NCBI GenBank assembly: GCA_002269645.1
Contig: NIVC01000192.1
Span: 9,217 to 73,216 of the forward strand
Direction: 5' to 3'
Origin: Macrostomum lignano
Lineage: Eukaryota
Length of the DNA: 64,000 bases
The notes below the pieces were generated by a model. The model saw only the letters and a program-made list of their open reading frames with translations. It did no database searches and was not told the origin of the DNA. Both the position numbers and the translations under genes were made by a program. This document shows positions 49,201 to 58,800 of this stretch, piece by piece. Each line of letters begins with the position of its first letter. The first letter of the stretch is position 1.

Positions 49201-52200
49201 TCAATGTGTCTGAATGAAGCTTTAGTAGTCTTTACACCTTAAGAAAACGAAGACTAGTGTAATTCAAAGTGGCATTTCGAAATCTAGAAATATATTCGGA
49301 AGTGCAACATCCTGTGTTCTGAAGCTGTCTTAGTACATTTTATGCTCGTAAGGGTCTCTGGCCTATTTCCGCATACAAGAAGCTCAACCAAGAAACAGGA
49401 AACGCCGTTGGGATCGCCACGCTAAATCTCTCTCAGGTCACGACTGAAATCCAGCTCTATCTGTAGCATTTTCCCTACAGACAGCATTATAACAGCAGAT
49501 CGTTCAACTCCACTCCTGCTTACCTGCCCAGGTGGAGACCATCGGCGACGCCTACATGGTCGTCTCCGGCCTGCCAACCCGCAACGGAAACCGGCACGCG
49601 GGCGAGATTTCCACTGTGGCGCTGGACCTGCTGTCCCGGTGCGGCAGCTTCACCATTCGCCACATGCCGGATATACCGCTGCGACTGCGCATCGGCCTGC
49701 ACAGCGGCAGTTGCGTGGCTGGGGTGGTTGGACTCACCATGCCCAGGTGAGCGACGGCTGAACCCGCTATTCACGTTAGCCGAGTTCACCTCTTTTTGCT
49801 CGAATTTCCTTTTGAGAAAGTTATGCTAACAGGATGCAACGGTGCACTGCGGCACGACAGTTGCACCAATTACAATCAAATCACATTCCACAGCCGTTCC
49901 TCCTAATAATTCCTCCTGTAATTTTTAACAATTGGTATAGCATTTTACAGTTCATTTGGGCTTACGCGCATTTAATTTAGTCCAAGATACGTTTGCCAAA
50001 GAAACGGAGCTTTTGTCTATGGTAGCAAGGCTGGCACAGCGGCATCTGATTTGGTCCAACAAGCATCAATTTGGTCCAAACACTAGTGAGTCATTCGGAA
50101 GCTCTTGAATTCTCGCGACTGTCTGCAGGTTGTTGTGTACCGCTGGAATGTCAGCGTCTCTACCGAATATTTTCAGTCGCTTTTCCAGAGCTCTGCTGAT
50201 AGTCGAAATCTGATAACCAACTGGAACTGTTCCTTCAACTTCTGCTGTATTTTCTGCAATATCGAGTAGCAGCTGGACTTGAGGCTCTTGAGCAACTTGC
50301 CTTGGCGATTGCCACCCTTTCGCAGGCGACCGGCAGTGGTTCAACGCGCTGATGGATGCTGGAAACCAATTTTCTTTTCCATTCAGCAGCCTTGCAATGT
50401 CCTTTTGTGTGTTCACCTCTGCCGAGTGCTTCGATCACAAGCCAATGGCATTCATTCGACAGCCTAGCATATGATCAACAATCATGGGGCTGATCTTGCT
50501 CCTCCGCAGCAGTTGCAAATTAAGCTATGGACCAAATTGATGCTTGTTAGACCAAATCAATTGCCGCGTAAGCCTGAATGGGCTGCAAAAAGCTATATTT
50601 GCTAACTGTTGAATGCTACCTAAATACCTTGTCCAGTTTAAAAACATATTCCGAATGGCAGTAGCCCTGACTACCCTGTCTACGTTGCAAATCCTTGGCA
50701 ACAGTCTGTACAAGGTTTGGCCATAGACATGACAGTTTCCAGACTTCGTTAACTTCGTTGTCTATGGCCCAACCAATCTTTATTCTATACTGCTTTCAAC
50801 TTAGCATGACAAAAACAATAATTTTAATTTTACGTGACAAAGTGACAGCAGTAAAAAACTGGGTGGCTCATACGTCCTTGCCTCATGTAGCTGTCAAATT
50901 GTCACTCATCACTCTCCAATTGTGAAAACTTCACTGGATGCCGGTTTTTGTCTGTTATGTAACTCAAACTATTAAGGATTACCTTCTGAGTTTCCGAATT
51001 ACAAATATAGCAAACTTGTGTTTTTCCGCGAGGCTGATTCACAAGTTAGAATAGTTTATAAAAGTTAATCAGTATTTCTTTTGTCAGTCAAGCTTATAAC
51101 TAAGCCGATTAAGTAAAGAATCCAAAATTTTCTTGGATTTTCTTGGATATAACTAAGCCGATTAAGTAAAGAATCCAAATTTTTCTTGGAAGAAGCCACT
51201 GCCGCAGAACTGCACTCGGCCATAGACAATACAGCCAATCAAGTTAATAAAAAGCCAATGATTTGGACAGCTCGCAATGGCAGCCACTGCCGCAGAACTG
51301 CACTCGGCCATAGACAATACAGCCAATCAAGTTAATAAAAAGCCTATGAATTGGACAGCTCGCAACAGAAGCCACTGCCAAAGAACTGCACTCGGCCATA
51401 GACAATACAGCCAATCAAGTTAATAAAAAGCCATTGAATTGGACAGCTCGCAATGGCAGCCACTGCCGCAGAACTGCACTCGGCCATAGACAATACAGCC
51501 AATCAAGTTAATAAAAAGCCAATGAATTGGACAGCTCGCAATGGCAGCCACTGCCGCAGAACTGCACTCGGCCATAGACAATACAGCCAATCAAGTTAAT
51601 AAAAAGCCAATGAATTGGACAGCTCGCAACAGAAGCCACTGCCACAGAACTGCACTCGGCCATGGACAATACAGCCAATCAAGTTAATAAAAAGCCAATG
51701 AATTGGACAGCTCGCAACAGAAGCCACTGCCACAGAACTGCACTCGGCCATAGACAATACAGCCAATCAAGTTAATAAAAAGCCATTGAATTGGACAGCT
51801 CACATTTCACCTTTAGAAGATTTAGTTGAGAAAATTCCACAAAAGACGCAATAAAGGAATAACTGGTGTTAATTATGATTGCCAGCGGTTCCCAATCTAA
51901 TCTGTAGGCTCTGTAAAGCATGGAAATCTTTTTGTCTTTCAGGTACTGCCTCTTCGGAGACACGGTGAACACTGCAAGCCGCATGGAGTCCACCGGAGCG
52001 GCTTTCCGTATCCACGTGAGCCCGTTTACTAAGGCCATCCTTGACCAGCTGGGCGGCTATCACCTGCAGCTGCGAGGCGAGGTCGAACTGAAGGGCCGCG
52101 GCATGGTGAAGTCGTACTGGCTGGTTGGCAAGGACAACTTCAATAAGCCGCTGCCGGAACCGCCTGAAATTGTTGAAGGGACCGATAATCACGGGTGAGC

Positions 52201-54350
52201 GGCGGGGACGGAGCCATTTTGTTTAAGTGGGCGCCATTTCACTTGAGTGAGTGCCATTTTACTTGAGTAGGCGCCATTTCACTTGAGTGAGTGCCATTTT
52301 ACTTGAGTAGGCGCCATTTCACTTGAGTGAGTGACATTTTACTTGAGTGAGTGCCATTTTACTTGAGTAGGCGCCATTTCACTTGAGTGAGTGCCATTTT
52401 ACTTGAGTAGGCGCCATTTCACTTGAGTGAGTGCCATTTTACTTGAGTAGGCGCCATTTCACTTGAGTGGGCGCCATTTCACTTGAGCGGGCACTTTATT
52501 TTGTCAGTAGGGGTCAGAAAAATTCAGTACTCAGAGAGAAGTTTCATTTTAACTGAATTCTTGTCCTGCTGATAAAATGAATGATAATAATTGGAGTTTC
52601 AAACAGTAAAAAGCAGTTTCTAAAACTTATATATACTTGAATATTTTAATGAAAATTCTTCAACTTAAGCAGACTCAGCGTTTTCAAAAATAATATGAAT
52701 TTGAGATAATAAAAGCATAGTACAGAGAGAACTCTTTCGGCTCCAAACAAGCATTATTTTAAATCAACCCTGGAAACTGCAGTAGCAAAGTTTAGTGAGA
52801 GACGCAACTGATGAGGCTCGAGCTGCAGCTTCCAATTAAAAAACAGCCTACTTTTTCTTGCTCATGCCTTTCTAATTTTATCGAATGTCTAGGCTGCAAA
52901 ACCTAAGCAGGTCTGTCTGCCTATCCCTTCCCAGCTATAATGCCTTACCTTACCTGCCTGTGAATCAGGTAATTGAGCACAAACGGTGACGTGACTCGGC
53001 TTACATCACGCCAGCGAGCAGCCGGGATGGGCGGTTGAGTTGATTCGCACATTCAGGGCCGCGGCTGTAGCAGGGCTGGCTGGGGTGTTGATGTGCGAGG
53101 ATTTAATTAGATTTAACATTCTCCGACTCCCTGCTCCCTTGATCTTCCCCTCTCTGCCTCTTCTTTTATCCCTTTTAGTCTTGTTCCCCTTCAGTAGCTT
53201 TAGTATCCTCTTCCCTACAAAGCGGGTCAAAGCTGCTCTGAAATAATCAACCAATATAAGGCAGGATGGAAGAGCATTAAGCCATGTATTAAAATTCGAT
53301 AAAACCATACATAAATTGGTTCTAATCCCCTTGAGCAGGCACACAAGCGCGCGGATACGTACGCAGTCATACGCACAGGCACACACTCACACAGGAGTGT
53401 ACAGCGGCCCTAACTTTATTTATCGTTAGGCATGTACACTTCACTGTGCCTTGGTCCCCTTGGTCCCCTCAAGGGCGTTAATTGCACGTGCAGAGCCAAG
53501 CCGAGATTCCAATTTAGCGCCTGCACTTGGAATCGAGCCAGGGCCGCTGGCACATCAGAGCGCCGCACTAGACCACTGGGCTACGGCCCGCCTTTCAAGT
53601 CAATTTACTAAGTCGGGATTCATTTGGACAGAAAAATAATTCGGTTTCACCTTGATGCTTAGGCTGAACTGGTCATTAGGATGGCTGTGAGGGCTTGAGC
53701 AAGACAGACAGCTTACTGTTTGGCTTACAGGCTTATCTGGGATACTCTGAGCTGCTCCATTCAAAGAGCAGAGTGAGATGCGGGCTTTCAATGCGCGATT
53801 GTTTCAGCCTAGCAGTGGCGAGAGAGGCAGCTGGGAGACTGCGTGGGGGAGCGAGCTGCAGCCAGGCCGTGCTTAATGAGGCCTTTCCCGCGGTCTTCCC
53901 TCGAGCAGGGGTAGGGTATTCGGGAATTTGTTAAATTGGGATCTCGGAAGAAGCTGATATCACTGCGAAGATTACTCGCATTCTTGCCAGGATTCGTGGC
54001 GAATCGCTGCTCCCCTAATTTTGATCCCCTCGCTCGCTCTGCACCCCAGCCTGGCCTCCCTCGGTCTGAAGAAGCCGCCGCCCCCCACTGCGGAAGCGAA
54101 ACCGGACAACCCGGACCGGAAAATTGACGACAACGAAGCTCGGACTGAGACGGAGTCGCCTGAAAAGCAGCAACTGCAGAAGCAGAAGCAACATCAAGGG
54201 AATCAGAAGCAACAGCATCAGGAGCATGAGCAGCAGTCGACCAACTTGACCGCCTCGGAGAGCAACGACTCCGGCTTCGTGGGAGGAGCAACTGTGGCCA
54301 ATGGCAAAGTGGCGCAGAGCTCGCTGCCCCCGATTGAAACTGACGCCTAG
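37279..54350 (+). CDS. Receptor (transmembrane) guanylyl cyclase, natriuretic-peptide-receptor-like architecture, about 1151 aa
   Basis: Exons 37279-37945, 39904-40163, 41256-41580, 42319-42406, 42739-42841, 43657-43824, 43909-44091, 44499-44570, 44656-45054, 45170-45399, 48142-48334, 49532-49746, 51943-52194 and 54050-54350 all join GT-AG with matching phases (3456 nt). Signal peptide, TM ([22 protein letters not shown]), kinase-homology domain ([22 protein letters not shown]), helix (MEKYSADLE) and cyclase motifs [21 protein letters not shown] and [17 protein letters not shown] (Glu/Cys for GTP specificity). Confidence 0.95.
38118..38410 (+). mobile_element. tRNA-SINE family 1 with CORE-like central domain
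   Basis: TAGCCTAGTGG / GGTTCGATTCC boxes, then gtgtccttgagcaagacac...cccagctgtaaaatgg and an (ATTACT)n tail. Confidence 0.85.
39400..39838 (+). mobile_element. hAT-type MITE (439 bp) with internal (CTCCT)n
   Basis: Ends CAGGGGTC.. / ..GGTCCCTG and an exact 8-bp TSD ACTTAGAG (39392-39399 and 39839-39846). Same family as 22044-23969. Confidence 0.9.
40225..41140. repeat. 15-bp purine-rich minisatellite in cyclase intron 2 (gggaagggatcgatg / gggaagggatcgaga)
   Basis: About 60 units with G-tracts on the sense strand. Confidence 0.95.
41628..42160. repeat. 35-bp C-rich minisatellite in cyclase intron 3 (ttcctaccccactaccgacaaccccactcccctca)
   Basis: About 15 units. Confidence 0.93.
42953..43615. 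mobile_element. MITE with about 105-bp imperfect TIRs in cyclase intron 5
   Basis: ccaaggaccactgtagtataacagtacgtaaaactcaaagagt... is mirrored by ...actctttgagttttacgtcctgttattctacagtggtccttgg. No clean TSD, so the superfamily is unassigned. Confidence 0.8.
44130..44420 (-). mobile_element. tRNA-SINE family 1
   Basis: Reverse complement of the 38118-38410 family. Confidence 0.85.
45430..46650. repeat. 24-bp minisatellite in cyclase intron 10 (ccattagccaagtatcctgctgtt)
   Basis: About 50 units starting about 30 nt after the donor. Confidence 0.95.
48826..48955. repeat. 35-bp tandem repeat with palindromic core in cyclase intron 11
   Basis: About 3.7 identical units of cattactacaaacaatgcattgtctgtaggatcgt. 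Confidence 0.9.
51194..51801. repeat. 88-bp tandem repeat in cyclase intron 12
   Basis: 7 units (last incomplete) at 88-bp spacing, each with two GCCAAT motifs in most copies. Confidence 0.93.
52222..52490. repeat. 20-bp dimeric minisatellite in cyclase intron 13 (gccatttcacttgagtgagt / gccattttacttgagtaggc)
   Basis: About 13 units starting shortly after the donor at 52195. Confidence 0.9.
53326..53590 (-). mobile_element. tRNA-derived SINE, family 2
   Basis: Reverse complement reads gggccgtagcccagtggtctagtgcgg...ggctcgattccaagtgcagg and shares its body with 31921-32175. Confidence 0.75.
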
Positions 54351-55346
54351 ACTGCCAAGCCACAGCCAATCAGAATGCGGAGTGGGGTTGCTGTATGAGA
54401 GTGGAATGAGGCGGGCGACCATTGTACATTTACCAGACTGAATAGTGATGTACACACTGACCTTTTGCATTGCATGTGAGCAAAAATTGGAGAATAAGGT
54501 ACTCATAATTGACCTTTTGCACCCTTTAATTCACAGAGAATCCTGCGTGGATGGCATTGCAAGCCCAGATATTCCCTGTGAGCAAAGCTTGATGAAGCAC
54601 GCGCCACTTCACTTGGAATTCCCTGCACTTTTATGATCGCTAATTTTTTTTGCTTTCAGCACCGAAAGAGTTGCAACTAAACTCTCATGAGCAAGCTTTG
54701 AGCACTATTTTTTTATAATTAGAGTATTGTTTCCCTTGTGGTCCATTTCAATTTTTTTGAACCATGAATTCTGCGCACACTGGGTGTCTCACCTTCTGTC
54801 GACTGCTACTCACTACTCGCGAGTAGTCAGTTCGGATATTGTATGCCGACGAGTTATCACAGAGCAGGGGGACTCGACCAATGCTAGGCTATCAAAGGGA
54901 GAAATTTATTATTTTGTCGTTACACACCTGACTGATTGCTTTCGCATTAGTTTGTATTAATTATGCAAGGATTGTCTTTGTTTCAGAGCATTATTTTTTC
55001 TAGGATTGCACAGATTGCTATGCAATTTTCACGACAGCATGCCCGTTTTGACCTATGAGCTCGCGATTCTTCAATGCCATTCGTAATTGAGCCAGACACA
55101 GTTTTTGTTGAATAGCAAAGTAACTTTGTTGTCTAAGTCTTAAATCTAGTTTGTATGTCTTATTTTTTTCATTTCTAGACTACTGTGTGAAGAAATATTT
55201 TTAAGCCGGAAACATTGAAGTTTGAAGTTAGTGAACGTAATCTTGAATAGATTATTATCAAATATTTTTTATGTTTAAACATTTTTTGAAATGCACATGA
55301 AAACGTACGGTCCATATGATACATACATTTGATCCATACGATACAT

Positions 55347-55876
55347 GGAGATGATGTGTCATCTCCCACTGTGTCATCTCCCACTGTGTCATCTCTCACT
55401 GTGTCATCTCCCACTGTGTCATCTCCCACTGTGTCATCTCCCACTGTGTCATCTCCCACTGTGTCATCTCCCACTGTGTCATCTCCCACTGTGTCATCTC
55501 CCACTGTGTCATCTCCCACTGTGTCATCTCCCACTGTGTCATCTCCCACTGTGTCATCTCCCACTGTGTCATCTCCCACTGTGTCATCTCCCACTGTGTC
55601 ATCTCCCACTGTGTCATCTCCCACTGTGTCATCTCCCACTGTGTCATCTCCCACTGTGTCATCTCCCACTGTGTCATCTCCCACTGTGTCATCTCCCACT
55701 GTGTCATCTCCCACTGTGTCATCTCCCACTGTGTCATCTCCCACTGTGTCATCTCCCACTGTGTCATCTCCCACTGTGTCATCTCCCACTGTGTCATCTC
55801 CCACTGTGTCATCTCCCACTGTGTCATCTCCCACTGTGTCATCTCCCACTGTGTCATCTCCCACTGTGTCATCTCC
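55347..55876. repeat. Near-perfect 15-bp tandem array (gtgtcatctcccact)x35
   Basis: Only one variant unit seen (near 55396). Confidence 0.97.
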
Positions 55877-58800
55877 CAGCAAGAACTCGCTGCACCTCAA
55901 AGTCATCGTCGATGTAAAAATCGTCCATCGACACCGGCTCGAAGCGGGTTGCCAGACCGGCTGAAGCCTCCGCGGCAGCCGCTGCAGCGGCAGCCGTCGC
56001 TGTGGGTGCCAGAGACGAATAGCCGTCATCGTCTCGAGCTGGAGCTGCTGCCGCACATTCGCGATCATCTCCGCAGTCATTGATAGCATCCCCTCCGACG
56101 TTGAGCTCCACACTGCAGTTCAGGCTGGATGAGCAGCTCAGGTCTTCGGGGTCGCAACCGGCCTGCTCCAGGTTCACCAGTCGAGTCAGCGCAGCCACCG
56201 CCGCGGCCAGTTGGCGACTTCGCTGCTCCGTCTCGTCCAGGCGCAGCCGCAGGTAGCGGCTCTGCTCGGTGAGACTCTGAAACCGGTCGGCTGTCGCCTC
56301 TTGATTTTCGGCAGTGCCAGAGCCCCTTGCGGCAGTTAACTAACTGAAAGAGTGTCCTCCCATCAATTGAGTCCTAAAATCGCACGAATGGTGTACAAAT
56401 CAATGAAAAAAATGCTGCCTCTTGTCATCCCCTCCTGCGCAGAGCCCTCCTTAGGCTGAACCAGAGGTACCTCAAAGTAGTCAGCACGGCCCTCCATCCG
56501 TTTCTTCCATGGCTTGAGCGGTGTCTCGTCTGCGGCTCAAGCAGTGAAAACTGTGAACAATTTTTATCAGCCGTTTTTCAGCAAGGCCAGGCTCAATCAC
56601 CTCTCCGAGGTTTGCAGGCCCGAGTGCATACCGCTAACGTCCGGTACCTCAGGGACACGGAAGGAGCCAGCTTCTTCCCAACCGCTGGTGAGGAGGACCG
56701 CGCTGCAGGCGAGACAGACGGGTCTCCCTGAGCGGAATCACATTTGCTGGAAGTCTTTGGTCACGAGACGCGACCAAAATTCGGTTCGATCACGTGACTT
56801 GTACTCGGATCCGTGCGATTCAATGACTCATTTGATGGAGTTGTAAACAAACATTAATAGGGAACTTAAAAAAGCTTTAATTTAGACAATTTTATTCTCT
56901 TCTGAAAGCAGACCTTGTGCGCCAGAGAGTTGCAGACAATCTGATTGGCCAGCTGGTCAGTGTTGCGGCTGGTTCGCAGCAGGTCGCGGCGCAGTCGGCG
57001 GCTGTCCAGCTCCAAGGCGGCCAGCCGACGCTCACAGCCGGCCTCCTCGAGGCTTTCCAGCCGGCTGAACAGCTGATCGGCCTGCGATTGGCTGGCCTGG
57101 GCGCGGGCGGGTTGGGTGCGAAAGCAGGTTCGCTTTTGGAAACTCGAAACTTCACAAGCTTGCAATTTCATATCGTCAGCATCTTTAAGTTTTGAGCTGG
57201 CTAAAGTGACTACTGACTAAACAAGGGTATAGTCACAGGCCACATGCGACCCGCAAGCCTCTCTCTGGCCCTCGGGTCCTTTGAAACTTCGCAATAGCAA
57301 TTCGGCCCGCTCAAGGTTTGTGTCTTCTCAACTGTCTTCTCTCTCATTTCCTCTCCTCTCCTCTTCTCTCCTCTCCTCTCCTTTCCTCTCATTCTCTTCT
57401 CTCCATTCTCCTCTGCCTTCTCTCCTATTTCATCTCTTCTCTCCTCTCGTCTCCTCTCTTTTCGCCTTGCCTCGCCAATCCCTCCTCGACTCTCTTTTCT
57501 CCTATCTATCATCTCTCAGCTCTCTTCTCTATTCCCTCTCCTCTCTCCTCTCCTCGAGCCTGCAGTCATGCTCTAGGTTCTCTATCTGACCCTTGAAATA
57601 AAACAATTTCCGAACCCTGCTGTCGCGACTTTCCTAGTCATTTCTTAGTTCACCTTCACTTGTCTCTGTTTACTCCGTTTTCTCTCTCTGTCTAGCTCAA
57701 TCTTGTTATTCTTATCTCTCTCTCCCTTGCTGCGTTCTGATTGGCTCTCCGTTCTCGCCTCTTTCCTCAGTCGCGCACTCCACCCCCTCTCTTTATTATT
57801 CTGGGCTCAACCCCCCAAAGTAAAATGTTCTATAAATATATCGGTTTGGGCCGTGCGCCCACTTACTGCTCCTTCTGCTCCTTCAATTTAACTCCAATTA
57901 AATAGTCTTTAGTTTAGTATTTTTTCTACATGGCGCCCAATGTAAAATAATTAAGTCAATTCAGTAAGGCTGGCAAAGGCCATGCCATCGTCATAGTCGT
58001 AGCCCTCCACCAGTCATCTCGTCATTTCGTCTGTCGGCCTCATCGCTTCGTCTGTCGGCCTCATCGCTTCGTCTGTCGGCCTCATCGCTTCGTCTGTCGG
58101 CCTCATCGATTCGTCTGCCGGGGGTGCGTCCTGCGGTGTCCTCGGTCTCTCTCGGTTTCAAATTCTCGGCCGGGGCGCCTCGGGCTCGCCTGCCGGATCG
58201 TCTCTTCGCTCATCGCCTGCCAGATCGCCTCGTTAATTCGTCATTCAATTTTTTCTTTCACCATGTAGTCACAATGTAAAAAATTAAATTAATTTTTTAG
58301 GGGGGAGAGTAGATGTAGTCAGTTTTCATTTGGTTGTAACAATTTATTCATTAAAATCGCACACGTGAAATTTCTTGGTCAAATTTGCATTCACTCTAGT
58401 CTCCACAGGTTTTGTATTGAAATTCTTAGTCGAATTTGTACACCATTGTTAAATTTGCTTTAAAGTTGTTTCTTGAACTCTAATTCATAATTCTATTGGT
58501 ACTCGGGGGTGTCGCGACTTTCCTAGTCATTTCTTAGTTCACCTTCACTTGTCTCTGTTTACTCCGTTTTCTCTCTCTGTCTAGCTCAATCTTGTTATTC
58601 TTATCTCTCTCTCCCTTGCTGCGTTCTGATTGGCTCTCCGTTCTCGCCTCTTTCCTCAGTCGCGCACTCCACCCCCTCTCTTTATTATTCTGGGCTCAAC
58701 CCCCCAAAGTTAAATGTTCTATAAATATATCGGTTTGGGCCCTGCGCCCACTTACTGCTCCTTCTGCTCCTTCAATTTAACTCCAATTAAATAGTCTTTA

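Noticed and set aside
50000-50930. Coding-like fragments in cyclase intron 12
   Set aside because: Short broken frames with no motif I can assign. Possibly a transposon relic, which needs tBLASTx or an HMM search.
55347-55880. Selenocysteine recoding of the in-frame TGA array
   Set aside because: No SECIS-like element seen downstream, and the near-perfect nucleotide identity points to recent neutral expansion.
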